Shown here piece after piece: positions 30,739-45,211 of a stretch of DNA of 64,000 nt (the stretch's first letter is position 1; each line of letters opens with the position of its first letter). Origin of the DNA: an uncultured delta proteobacterium (GTDB taxonomy: Bacteria; Myxococcota_A; Polyangia; Fen-1088); contig CAVYGB010000002.1 of the NCBI GenBank assembly GCA_963767925.1, forward strand, positions 1,696,001 to 1,760,000. Direction: 5' to 3'. The translations under genes were made by a program, and so were the position numbers. Under the pieces are notes generated by a model. It searched no databases. It was given only the letters and a program-made list of their open reading frames with translations, and was not told where the DNA came from.

Positions 30739-32955
30739 TCACGGCATCGGACGGGCGGGCGGCGGAACGATGCGGATCGGCTCGGACTCGCCCGCGTCGA
30801 GCGGCGCCGGCGGCGGCGTCATGTTGCGCTCGGCGGGCAGGGGCGGGGGCCGCTTCTTGTTCTCGGCGTAGGAGGCGAAGGCGTCGGCCTCCACCGGCAG
30901 CAGCACCGTGAAGGTGGAGCCGGCCCCTTGCTTGGAGCGCACCTCGATGGTGCCCCCGTGGTTCTCGATGATGCGCTGGCTGATGGGCAGGCCCAGGCCG
31001 GTCCCCTTCTCCTTGGTGGTGAAGAAGGGGATGAACAGGCTCTTGAGGTCGCCGGTGGGTATGCCCGCCCCCGTGTCCCGGAAGCGCACCTCCAGGAAGG
31101 CGGCCGCCACCCCCCGGCGGGTCGAGCGGCGCAGGCTGCTCGAGACGTGCAGCTTGCCCCCCGTGACCATGGCCTGGAGGGCGTTTATCGACAGGTTGAG
31201 GAACACCTGCCGGAGCTGCTCGGGATCGGCCCGCACCTGGGGCAGCCCCTCGACCAGGGCGGTGCTGATCTCCACCTTCTGGGCGTCCTCCTCGTTCTCC
31301 AGGAGCTGCAAGGTCTTGCGGACGACGTCGTTGATGTCGAGCGGCCGGGGGTCGCCCCGGTAGGGCCGGGCGTAGTCGAGGAACTGGGAGACGATCTTGT
31401 TGAGGCGATCGACCTCCTCGACGATGATGTTGAGGAACTCCTTGATCGAGCTGTCCTTGGACTCCTGCCCGATGGGCTGCAGCACCTGGGCGGCGCCCTT
31501 GATCGACCCCAGGGGGTTGCGGATCTCGTGGGCCAGGCCGGCCGCCATCTGCCCCAGGGCCGCCAGGCGCTCGCGCTCGCGCATCCGCTCGTAGAGCTGG
31601 GAGTTCTGCAGGGTGACCCCGATCGAGGCCGCCACCCCCCGGAACAGCTCGATCTCGTCGGAGGAGTAGGCCTCGCGCGCCTCGCGCAGCCGCTCGTCGC
31701 GCAGCACCAGCATGCCGAGGAGCTGCTCCTCGCCGGCGATGGCCAGCACCACCGAGCCGTTGATCAGCTCGAGGGCCCGGATCATCAGCGACAGGTTCTC
31801 CCGGTCCTCGCTCTGGGTGAGGCGCAGGGCCCCCATCTCCCGCTCGAGCCCCTCGATGGAGATGACCCCCACTCGCCGCAGGCGATCGAGGAAGGTCCGG
31901 TGGGCGACCGCGTCGATGCGGGCCTCGGGCCGGGGGCCGATGTGTCCGGCCAGCTCGTAGCCCGATCCGTCGGGGTCGACGATGTAGATGGCGGCGTGGG
32001 TGACCCGCCGCGAGTCCTCGAGCGCCGACAGCACCCGGGGCACCAGGTCGCGCACGTCGATGACGTTCATGAGGTCGGCGCGCAGGTTGGCCACCCGGCG
32101 CGACAGCTCGTATTTCTCCTGGAAGAGCCAGCGGGTGAGGGCCCCCTCCACCCGCGTGCGCAGCGGATCGAAGACGATGAGGATGGCGGCCGAGGCCACC
32201 AGGGTGTTGAAGAAGAACAGCTCGTGCTGGTCCTCCTTCACCCACTTGACGAGGGCCCCGTACACCATGGTCACGATGAGGACCAGGGTGGCCAGCACCA
32301 TCATGCGGCCGAGCAGCTCGTTGAGATCGAGCAGCCGGTAGCGGACCAGCGTCTGCGACAGGAAGAACAGGTAGATGGTGATGAAGACGTTGGCGAACGA
32401 GGGGCCCCAGGAGCTGAAGATGAGGTCCAGCAGGGCGAAGGTCACCGCCGCCACCCCGCCCACCACCAGGTAGAGCAGGCGGATCTTCTCGACCCGCGAG
32501 GGGGTGGCCCGGTAGCGCCGGTGCAGGTAATAGACCGACGAATACAGCCCCGCGAACACGTAGACCACGAAGGCCACCCCGAACCAGGAGTGGGTGTGCA
32601 GGCCGGCGTCGGCGGTGACGAAGTGGCTGGCGCAAAGCGCGAGGTAGAAGATGAGCGCGCCGACAACCGTCGATCGCGACAGCGGCGGGGGGCCGGCCTC
32701 GTCGCCCAGGAAGGCCTGGAAGAAACGCTGCGCGGTCGCCGGCAGCGACACCGCCGTCAACATGGTGGCCCACTGGAAGAAGGACTCGTCGAGGTACGAG
32801 CGGAGGAAGGTGAACAGCTTCAGCAGGGCGATGTTGAAGGCGAAGGTGGCGAACAGCACGTGCGCCCCGCGGCGCGGCTCGCGCAGCAGCACCGAGCCAC
32901 CAATGGCCATCCCCACGATGGAGGCGACGAGCGCGGAGAGGGCTTCGGTGTTCAT
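30739..32955 (-). CDS. Membrane sensor histidine kinase (multi-TM, GAF, HisKA, HATPase)
   Basis: Several N-terminal TM helices; LAHEIRNPL, QVFLNLSINA, DTGAGI and FFTTKEKGTGLGL. Confidence 0.95.
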   Translation of the reverse strand: MNTEALSALVASIVGMAIGGSVLLREPRRGAHVLFATFAFNIALLKLFTFLRSYLDESFFQWATMLTAVSLPATAQRFFQAFLGDEAGPPPLSRSTVVGALIFYLALCASHFVTADAGLHTHSWFGVAFVVYVFAGLYSSVYYLHRRYRATPSRVEKIRLLYLVVGGVAAVTFALLDLIFSSWGPSFANVFITIYLFFLSQTLVRYRLLDLNELLGRMMVLATLVLIVTMVYGALVKWVKEDQHELFFFNTLVASAAILIVFDPLRTRVEGALTRWLFQEKYELSRRVANLRADLMNVIDVRDLVPRVLSALEDSRRVTHAAIYIVDPDGSGYELAGHIGPRPEARIDAVAHRTFLDRLRRVGVISIEGLEREMGALRLTQSEDRENLSLMIRALELINGSVVLAIAGEEQLLGMLVLRDERLREAREAYSSDEIELFRGVAASIGVTLQNSQLYERMRERERLAALGQMAAGLAHEIRNPLGSIKGAAQVLQPIGQESKDSSIKEFLNIIVEEVDRLNKIVSQFLDYARPYRGDPRPLDINDVVRKTLQLLENEEDAQKVEISTALVEGLPQVRADPEQLRQVFLNLSINALQAMVTGGKLHVSSSLRRSTRRGVAAAFLEVRFRDTGAGIPTGDLKSLFIPFFTTKEKGTGLGLPISQRIIENHGGTIEVRSKQGAGSTFTVLLPVEADAFASYAENKKRPPPLPAERNMTPPPAPLDAGESEPIRIVPPPARPMP

Positions 32956-33414
32956 GGGGCGGACGCGTCCAGACGCAAAATCCTGAAAAGTCTAACCCCT
33001 TTTGGCAAAGGGGGCGTCCCCATGGGCGGTTCCGCGCAGGGGCGGGGCGGATCCCGAGGCCACCTCCCGGGGCCGGATCGCGGGCGCGGGGCGGGCCCGG
33101 CAGACAGCCCCTGGCCCGGTCTGGTAAGCTGTTCATGAGACGCCCTGGTTCTTCGTCTTCTCGAAAAGGAGGCCTGACTTCCCTCGTTTTCTGGCAAACC
33201 CCCGTGACCACCGGGGATCTCTGTCGCGCCCGAGCGCCCGGGCGGCCGTCACCCGACCGCCGCTTGCCAAGGCCTCGGTCTCGCGACAAAGTGCCTACAT
33301 GAGCCTTCACTGCGTGGGAAGCTGGACGGCCCCTCCCCACCCCACGCAGCCCGGCCTGGCGGGAGGCGGCGGTCTGGCGAAGCGGCGTGCCCGACACGTC
33401 CAAGGAGGAGCGTC

Positions 33415-34026
33415 ATGATGAACTGCTCCGTCCTGGTCCTGAACCGGCACTTCCAGCCGATCCACGTCACCAACGCCAAGCGGGCCTTCTCCCTGCTGTA
33501 CCTCGGGGTGGCGCGCGTCATCGACCGGGAGTTTCGCAGCTTCGACTTCGAGAGCTGGGCGGCGCTGTCGGCCGAGGTGGGCGATGACGTCGTGCACACA
33601 ATCGACCGGGCGATCCGCGTGCCGCGCGTGATCATCCTGCAGATCTACGACCGCATCCCGAAGACAAAGGTTCGCTTCTCCCGGCACAACATCTACATGC
33701 GCGACGGCAACACCTGCCAGTACTGCGGGCTGTCCCTGCCGCGCACGGAGCTGAACCTCGACCACGTCGTGCCCCGGGCCCAGGGCGGGCGCACGACCTG
33801 GGAGAACGTCGTCTGCTGCTGCATCGACTGCAACCTGGCCAAGGGGGCTCGCACCCCCGACCAGGCCGGCATCGCCCTGCGCAAGACTCCCGCCCGACCG
33901 CGCTGGACGCCCACCTTCCGGGCCGCCGGCGACCGCATCCGCTACCGCGAGTGGATTCCCTTCCTCGACGTGGCCAACGCCTCGTACTGGAACGTCGAGC
34001 TCCGCGACGACGACGACGCGGAGTGA
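33415..34026 (+). CDS. HNH endonuclease (McrA-like)
   Basis: AAGGAGG RBS; VLVLN, RDGNTCQYCG, LDHVVPRAQGG and WENVVCCCIDCN. Confidence 0.93.
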   Translation: MMNCSVLVLNRHFQPIHVTNAKRAFSLLYLGVARVIDREFRSFDFESWAALSAEVGDDVVHTIDRAIRVPRVIILQIYDRIPKTKVRFSRHNIYMRDGNTCQYCGLSLPRTELNLDHVVPRAQGGRTTWENVVCCCIDCNLAKGARTPDQAGIALRKTPARPRWTPTFRAAGDRIRYREWIPFLDVANASYWNVELRDDDDAE

Positions 34027-34072
34027 GTCGGCGGCGGGCCGGGCCGCCGCGTTTGGATTGCCGTCTCCAGCC

Positions 34073-35392
34073 TCAGAGCAGGTTGGAGGCCAGCTCGGCC
34101 AGGGGCGAGCGCTCGCCCTTGGTCAAGGTGACGTGGCCGGCGATGTTCTGGCCCCGGAACTTCTGCACGATGGTGGTCAGGCCGTTGGAGGTGGCGTCGA
34201 CGTAGGGGTTGTCGATCTGGTAGGGGTCGCCGGTCAGCACGATCTTGGTCGACTCGCCCACCCGGGTGATGATGGTCTTCACCTCGTGGGGGGTGAGGTT
34301 CTGGGCCTCGTCGACGATGATGAACTGGTTGGGGATCGACCGGCCGCGGATGTAGGTCAGCGGCTCGATCTCGATGTAGCCGAGGTCGATCAGCTCGCGC
34401 CCGCTGCGCCCGTTTTTCGTGTCGGTCTTCGACAGGCCCATCAGGAACTCCAGGTTGTCGTAGATGGGCTGCATCCAGGGGTTGAGCTTCTGCTCGAGGT
34501 CGCCGGGCAGGTAGCCCACGTCGCGCCCGAGCGGGAAGATGGGCCGCGAGACGAGCAGCCGGGAGTAGGTCCGCTCCTCGACGACCTTCTGCAGGCCGGC
34601 GGCGATGGCGAGCATGGTCTTGCCCGTGCCCGCCTTGCCCACCAGGGTCACCAGCTTCACGTCGTCGGCCAGCAGCAGGTCGAGGGCGCAGTGCTGCTCC
34701 TTGTTGCGGGGGCGGATCCCCCAGACCCCGTCGCGCATCTTGCGCAGGTTGACCACCTTGCTGGTGGTCCCGTCGTAGCGACCGAGGGCAGTGTGTGAAG
34801 GGCTCTCGGGGTCGCGCAGCAACACGTACTGGTTGGGCACCACCTCGCTGTTGTCGAGGGCCAGCGAGCCCTGAGCGTAGAAGGTGTCGACGTCGGCCCC
34901 CGACACCGTCGCCTCGGCCATGCCCGAGTAGAGCTCGTCGATGTCGATCCGCCCCGCCTCGTAGTCCATGGCCGTGAGGCCCAGGGCGTCCGCGCGCAGG
35001 CGCAGGTTCACGTCCTTGGTGACGAAGATGGTCTGGTCGTTCGGGTTGCTCTCGCGCACGTCGAGGGCCACGCCGAGGATCAGGTGGTCGGCGATCTGGT
35101 TCTCACGCAGATGGGTGGTGGTGGGCACCATGCGCTGCCCGGCCGCGACCCGGAGCGTGCCCCCCTTCGGCAAGGGAGCGCCCACCGCCAGGTGGTGCCC
35201 GCTGGCCCGGAAGGCGTCGAGCATACGCGCCACCTCGCGGGCGTTGCGTCCCCGCTCGGAGGACTCCTTCTTGAACTGGTCGATCTCCTCGAGGACGAAG
35301 ATGGGTATGACCACCTCGTTTTCTTCGAACTGGAGGACCGCGCGGGGGTCGTGGAGCAGGATGTTCGTGTCGAGAACGAAGTGTTTTGGCAT
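34073..35392 (-). CDS. PIN-PhoH fusion ATPase (PhoH2/YlaK type)
   Basis: FVLDTNILLHDP (PIN), TKDVNLR, GKAGTGKT, YIRGRS, DEAQN and GDPYQID. Confidence 0.93.
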   Translation of the reverse strand: MPKHFVLDTNILLHDPRAVLQFEENEVVIPIFVLEEIDQFKKESSERGRNAREVARMLDAFRASGHHLAVGAPLPKGGTLRVAAGQRMVPTTTHLRENQIADHLILGVALDVRESNPNDQTIFVTKDVNLRLRADALGLTAMDYEAGRIDIDELYSGMAEATVSGADVDTFYAQGSLALDNSEVVPNQYVLLRDPESPSHTALGRYDGTTSKVVNLRKMRDGVWGIRPRNKEQHCALDLLLADDVKLVTLVGKAGTGKTMLAIAAGLQKVVEERTYSRLLVSRPIFPLGRDVGYLPGDLEQKLNPWMQPIYDNLEFLMGLSKTDTKNGRSGRELIDLGYIEIEPLTYIRGRSIPNQFIIVDEAQNLTPHEVKTIITRVGESTKIVLTGDPYQIDNPYVDATSNGLTTIVQKFRGQNIAGHVTLTKGERSPLAELASNLL

Positions 35393-35562
35393 GTAACGGC
35401 ACGCGGCCCGCGCGCTCGATTGTTACTATAACGCGGAGGGTGAAGCTCGGCCTACCGCCCTGAACGAATCCTGCGGGCAGGGGCCCCGGCCGCGCCGGCA
35501 CGTCCGCGATTCTTGCCGGGCCGCCGCTGCGAAAGCGCCCGCTGCAGAATAGGATCGGGCCC

Positions 35563-36315
35563 ATGGACGGAGGACCTCTGGCCGGCTGCCGGGTCTTGCT
35601 CACCCGGCCGGCCGAGCAGGCCGAGCCCTGGCGGCAGGCGCTGGCGGCGGCCGGCGCGGTGGCGATCGACTACCCCACCATAGAAGTAGGTCCCCCCTCG
35701 GACTGGGCCCCGCTCGACTCCGCGCTCGCCTGCCTGACCGGCTACGACTGGTTGATCTTCACCAGCGCCAACGCCGTCCGCTTCACCTGGCAGCGCTGGC
35801 CCGCGGGAGGGGCTCCGCCGGCCGGGGCCCGCCCCCGGGTGGCGGCGGTGGGGCAGGAGACGTCGCGCGCGCTGCAGGCCCTGGGCTTCGCGGTGGCCTG
35901 CGTCCCGGCACTGGAGAGCCAGGACGGGTTGCTGGCGGCGCTGGGGGACCTGCCCGCCGGCACCCGCCTCCTGTTCCCCCAGGCGGCCGGTGGGCGCGAC
36001 ACCCTGGCGAGCGCCCTGCGCGCGCGCGGCTGCACCGTGGACGTGGTGCCGGCCTCCCGGACGGTGGCCCGCGACCTGCCGCCGCTGCCCGCCTTCGACG
36101 TGGCGACCTTCGCCAGCCCCTCCGCCCTGCGGGCCCTGGTCGACCGGCACGGCCCCGGGGCGCTGGCCGGGCGACCCATCGTGGTCATCGGCGCCACGAC
36201 CGCCGCGGCCGCCGACGCCCTCGGCCTGCCGTCAGTCACCGCCGCTCACCCCCGGATCGAGGACGTCGTCCAGGCCATCGCCCTCGTCTATGCTCGCCGA
36301 CCAGGAGAAACTTGA
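35563..36315 (+). CDS. hemD: Uroporphyrinogen-III synthase
   Basis: [28 protein letters not shown] and VIGATTA; adjacent to hemB. Confidence 0.9.
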   Translation: MDGGPLAGCRVLLTRPAEQAEPWRQALAAAGAVAIDYPTIEVGPPSDWAPLDSALACLTGYDWLIFTSANAVRFTWQRWPAGGAPPAGARPRVAAVGQETSRALQALGFAVACVPALESQDGLLAALGDLPAGTRLLFPQAAGGRDTLASALRARGCTVDVVPASRTVARDLPPLPAFDVATFASPSALRALVDRHGPGALAGRPIVVIGATTAAAADALGLPSVTAAHPRIEDVVQAIALVYARRPGET

Positions 36316-36316
36316 C

Positions 36317-37303
36317 ATGTCATTTCCCGAAAGCCGACCGCGCCGGATTCGCCGTTCCGAAGGTCTGCGCCGCATGGTGCGCGAGACGACGCTCGCCCCG
36401 GCGCACTTCATGTACCCCCTTTTCATCTGTCCCGGGACCGGCATCAAGCGAGAGATCTCCTCGCTGCCCGGGCAGTACCACCTGTCGGTCGACCAGGTCG
36501 CCCGCGAGGCCGAGGAGGTGGCCAAGCTGGGCATCCCCTCGGTGCTCCTGTTCGGCCTGCCTGACAAGAAGGACGACGTCGGCAGCGAGGCCTGGCACCC
36601 CGAGGGGACGGTTCAGCGGGCCACCCGGGCCATCAAGAAGGCGGTGCCCGAGCTGGTTGTGGCGGCCGACACCTGCTTTTGCGAATACACCTCGCACGGT
36701 CATTGCGGGGTCGTTCTCGATAAGACGAGCAAATCCGCCGACGTCGACAACGACGCCACCCTGGAAAACCTGGGGCGGGCGGCCGCTTCTTACGCCCAGG
36801 CGGGGGTGGATATCGTTGCTCCCTCCGGGATGATGGACGGGACGATCGGGTTTCTGCGCGAGACGCTCGATGAGGCGGATTATCCCAACGTGGTGTTGCT
36901 GTCATACGCCGCTAAATACGCCTCGGCTTATTACGGGCCGTTTCGCACGGCGGTCGACTCGGCCCCCAGCTTCGGGGACCGGCGCACCTACCAGATGGAC
37001 CCGGCCAACATCCGGGAGGCCATCCGGGAGGTCGCCCTCGACATCGAGGAGGGCGCGGACATGGTGATGGTGAAACCGGCGCTGGCTTACCTCGACGTGA
37101 TCTCCGAGGTCCGCCGGGAGTTCGACGCCCCCATCGCGGCGTACAACGTCTCGGGCGAATACGCGATGTTGAAGGCGGCCGCCGAGAAGGGCTGGATAGA
37201 CTACGACCGGGCGATGCTCGAGACGTTGCTGTCCATCCGCCGGGCAGGGGCAGACCTGATCCTCACGTATCACGCTAAAGAAGCGTCCCGCCTCCTCCGA
37301 TAG
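36317..37303 (+). CDS. hemB: Porphobilinogen synthase (Zn-binding type)
   Basis: [43 protein letters not shown] and [10 protein letters not shown]. Confidence 0.97.
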   Translation: MSFPESRPRRIRRSEGLRRMVRETTLAPAHFMYPLFICPGTGIKREISSLPGQYHLSVDQVAREAEEVAKLGIPSVLLFGLPDKKDDVGSEAWHPEGTVQRATRAIKKAVPELVVAADTCFCEYTSHGHCGVVLDKTSKSADVDNDATLENLGRAAASYAQAGVDIVAPSGMMDGTIGFLRETLDEADYPNVVLLSYAAKYASAYYGPFRTAVDSAPSFGDRRTYQMDPANIREAIREVALDIEEGADMVMVKPALAYLDVISEVRREFDAPIAAYNVSGEYAMLKAAAEKGWIDYDRAMLETLLSIRRAGADLILTYHAKEASRLLR

Positions 37304-37529
37304 GGGAGCCGCTCGGGAGATGTGAGCGTCGGGGTAGGGGGAGGTGGTCTCCCGGGCGGACGTGGGCCGGTGGGCGGTGCGGTGCGTGGGCGGGCGGCCG
37401 CGTCCGGATGTTTGGGCGGGGGTGGGCGGCCCCGGCTCGGAGTGAGCCGGGTCGGGCGGGTGCGCGAGGCGGGGCCGCGGTCGGGGCGCAGGGTACCGGA
37501 GTGGCGGATGGCGCTGGGCGGGTCAGGCA

Positions 37530-37960
37530 CAAGGCGTGGCGTGGCGTGATGGTGGTGTCGCGTGGTGCGTGGCGTGGCGTGGCGTGGCGTGGCGTGGCGT
37601 GGAGTGGTGGTGGCGGTGGAGTGTGGTGCGTGGCGTGGGGTGGCGGCGGTGGCGATTGGCGGTGGTCGTTGCGTGGCGGGTCAGGCTCCTGCGCGTGTCG
37701 GTGCGTGGTGCGTGGTGCGTGGTGCGTGGTGCGTGACGTGTCGATGGTCGTGGGCGTGGCGTGCGGCCGGTGGTGGTGGCGGTGGTGCGTGCTGGCCGAG
37801 GGCACGGCGGCGGTGTGCGCGAGTCTGGCTGTTGCGTGCGGACGCCGTGCTTGGTGAGGACCGGGCGTGGAGGGGACCGGGGGCTTGGGTTGGTGCGTGA
37901 GGATTTTTGGATGGTGCGTGGTGCGTGGCGCGTGGCGCGTGGTGCGTGGGTGAGGGCTAG
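37530..37960 (+). repeat. A-poor, G/T-rich low-complexity tract with (GTGGC)n and (GTGGTGC)n arrays
   Basis: About 6 GTGGC units near 37569-37598, about 4 GTGGTGC units near 37705-37733, and further units near 37912-37947. Confidence 0.8.
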
Positions 37961-38237
37961 GCGTGGATGAGCGCGCGGTCGGGGTACGTGCCAGGGCCGT
38001 GGTTGTGGGTGGCGCGTGGTGCAGGGCGGGCGGCAGGACCAGCACGTGGGCTCGCGGTAGCGCGGGGTGGGGCGGTCGGTCGGGGCGGCGGGAGATTTTT
38101 GGTCCGGGCGGGGGACAGCTCCCGGTCCGCCGGAAAAACCTGCGCGAAGGTCGGGGCGGCGAGGGCGGCGTTTCTTCGCGAAATCCCCGTGTTTCTGGGG
38201 GGTGAGGATTTTTTTTCTGTCCGGTGTCCAATTTCTG

Positions 38238-38265
38238 TTGTGGTCGGGAGGAACCGTGGTACACA
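38238..38265 (+). promoter_or_regulatory. Candidate upstream rRNA promoter (P1-like)
   Basis: TTGTGG-16 bp-TACACA with TG extension, preceded by a T-tract. Confidence 0.4.
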
Positions 38266-38454
38266 CCGCCCCCCGTCGTTGAGAGCGGCGGGGCGAGCGG
38301 GAGGGCGGTGGATTTGGATAGGGGGTTGAACGGCGGCGCTGGCGTCGGTCTCCGGAATTTCTGGAACCTGTCGCGGCGTACGAGGGGTTGGTCGTGCGGG
38401 GCGTGAGCGCCGTGAGTTGCTGGAAGCGGGGATGGTGAAGGGGCGGGGCAGGAT

Positions 38455-38504
38455 GAAGAAAAAAAGATTCTTCCTCTTGACTTCGACGGGCCGGCGACTA
38501 AAGT
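38455..38504 (+). promoter_or_regulatory. rRNA promoter (sigma70-type) with A-tract UP element
   Basis: GAAGAAAAAAAGATT then TTGACT (38477)-16 bp-TAAAGT (38499). Confidence 0.75.
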
Positions 38505-38827
38505 AGCCAACCCTTGCGGCGGACCTGGCGGCCCGAAAAGGTGCCAGGAAAGTGCAAGGGACGTTTTGTCGGTCTCTGAAAGCTGAATAGCAAATCGAGA
38601 TGAACGGTCTGACCGTCGGAAACGGCGGATTAGACCAACCCTAGAGAACTTTGAGTTTTCGAATTACGAGCACTCCAGGGCCGGCGTCTTTCGGGACGTA
38701 GGTTCTGGATACTTGAAGCCAACGGGGTGGCAGTGAAGCGCTTCCACGAAAGTGGAGGCCGGATCTGAAACCTCGGAAGCTCGACGGTTCAATCGTAAGG
38801 TTGCTTGTTCAGGACCTTACGTAAAGT

Positions 38828-40391
<1,564 letters not shown>

Positions 40392-40594
40392 GGAGAAATC
40401 GAGGAGCTGCTTCGGTAGCGCCTCTAATCTCAAGGTCAAAGCGCGTGGGCGCTGAGCGAGCTTGCTCGTTCGAGCCTTCGCGGGTGGTTCGGAGTCCTAC
40501 GGGACTTCGAGCTCTTCAAAGTCACTCAGGGTTCATCTCGGAATTTGCTGTTCAGCTTTGAGCGACCGACGCTGTTCTCTACAAAAGACAGCTC

Positions 40595-40668
<74 letters not shown>

Positions 40669-40712
40669 CACGGCCAACAAGCGTGAAGCAGGCAAAGCCC
40701 CGCAAGTCTTGG

Positions 40713-40785
40713 GGGGCGTTAGCTCAGATGGGAGAGCATCGGCTTTGCAAGCCGGGGGTCAAGGGTTCGATTCCCTTACGCTCCA
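40713..40785 (+). tRNA. tRNA-Ala (TGC), CCA not encoded
   Basis: GGGGCGT/ACGCTCC acceptor stem with G3:U70; anticodon loop TTTGCAA; GGTTCGATTCC. Confidence 0.95.
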
Positions 40786-41287
40786 CTGGTGAACAGGAAT
40801 GGCTCCCATCGAAACTTGACGAAAGCCCGGAAGCGTCTGACGATGTCCGGTCTTTGGTCGAGGGTCGAGCAGACCCGTGGTCTTTGATAATTGAATAGAA
40901 GCGACGACGCGAAAGCGTGTCTTGAGAGAAACAAGCGTCATTGGAGTTGAGTAGGAGCTCATTCGTTGAGCTTCGATCTCGACGCCTCTCGCCGCGATGG
41001 CAGCAGCTCGAAAGAGTGAGAGTCATCATGTGGACGAAGCGAGCTCTACCTTGCTGAGTCCTAGCGCGGGAGGTGCGAAGCCCCCTAACAAGGGTTTCGC
41101 GTTCTGTTAGACGGCGTGTCGCGAGATTGAATGAATAGTGGCGTTGTCTGAGGTCATGAGCCTGGACGAAGCAAGCTTCGGCTTGTCGAGTTCTGTGCAA
41201 AGGGTCTCGGATTACTGTCCGCCGACAAATTCGTGGATCACTCCTCGAGGGGACTAGAGCCCTTCCGGGAGCCCACAAAAAGTTGGT

Positions 41288-44304
<3,017 letters not shown>

Positions 44305-44489
44305 GCCATTATTTTTCCTCTGTTTTCATAAAACAGAGGCTCTCTCAAGCACGGTCGTCTGATGGAATGTCGAGATCGAAGCTCAGGTGAATGAGCTCGA
44401 TTGAGAATCCAGAGACGCTCTGTTTCTCAAGACACTCGCGGGAGGTGCGGCGATTTGAATCGCAACCTTCCATCGCGTCACCGAAAGGT

Positions 44490-44607
44490 TTCCGGCGGCT
44501 TTACCGGAGGGGTCACACCCGATCCCATCTCGAACTCGGAAGTTAAGCCCTCCAGGGCCGATGGTACTGCAGGGGAAGCTCTGTGGGAGAGTAGGTCGTC
44601 GCCGGGA
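44490..44607 (+). rRNA. rrf: 5S ribosomal RNA
   Basis: CACCCGATCCCATCTCGAACTCGGAAGTTAAG, GCCGATGGTACT and GGGAGAGTAGGTCGTCGCCGG. Confidence 0.97.
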
Positions 44608-44617
44608 AGTAATTTTG

Positions 44618-44658
44618 AAAAGGCCGAAGCAGGTACACTGCTTCGGCCTTTTTGTTTT
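44618..44658 (+). terminator. Rho-independent terminator of the rRNA operon (probably bidirectional)
   Basis: AAAAGGCCGAAGCAG-GTACA-CTGCTTCGGCCTTTTTGTTTT. Confidence 0.92.
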
Positions 44659-44688
44659 GGCGTTTCGTGGGGCGTGGCCCGCCTACCT

Positions 44689-45117
44689 CTACTTGCGGTC
44701 GAGCTTGGAGAGGTGGCGGCCGAAGCGCTGGGCGATGACGTGCTCGATGCAGTAGGGGGCGGCGCGCAGGCGGCGGCGGTCGCAGCCGACCTTCTTGCAG
44801 GGGCGCTTCTCCTCACGGAGGTCGCCCAGGTGGTCTTCGATGCGGGCCAGGCAATAGGGGCGCAGGGTCTCGCCGCGATCGAGGTCGCGCAGTCGGCGGG
44901 TTTCCTGGGGGACCGGGCGACAGAGGATGGGATTGGCCTCGAGCTCCTCGGGCCAGGCGGACAGCCAGTAGCTGCCGCAGTCGGGACACTGGCGCAGCTC
45001 CTCCCACTCGCCCGCCTCGACCACCGGCCAGTGCAGCACCACCTCCTCTTCGAGGCGAGCGAAGGGCGGGCGCTCGGCGCAGCGACAGGTCGCCGTGCCC
45101 GAGGCCGGGTTAGCCAC
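44689..45117 (-). CDS. Cys-rich hypothetical protein, possible zinc binder
   Basis: CRC, CPDCG, CKKVGC and YCIEH; GC-rich third codon positions. Confidence 0.65.
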   Translation of the reverse strand: MANPASGTATCRCAERPPFARLEEEVVLHWPVVEAGEWEELRQCPDCGSYWLSAWPEELEANPILCRPVPQETRRLRDLDRGETLRPYCLARIEDHLGDLREEKRPCKKVGCDRRRLRAAPYCIEHVIAQRFGRHLSKLDRK

Positions 45118-45211
45118 GCGCGGCCCCCACGTCGTTCACCACGGCTTCAAGGTAGCACCGGTCAGGGAACGGCCGTCGCATCTGGCGCGCAAGGTTATAC
45201 TGCCCGCTTCG

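Noticed and set aside
33415..34026. HNH as an IscB/HEARO-type RNA-guided nuclease
   Set aside because: Only 203 aa, with no PLMP or RuvC motifs and no transposon ends; it matches the common stand-alone HNH type.
37275..38510. 411-aa His/Pro/Thr-rich ORF and the opposite-strand Trp/Val-rich ORFs
   Set aside because: Translations of the low-complexity repeat tract; no codon bias or recognisable domain.
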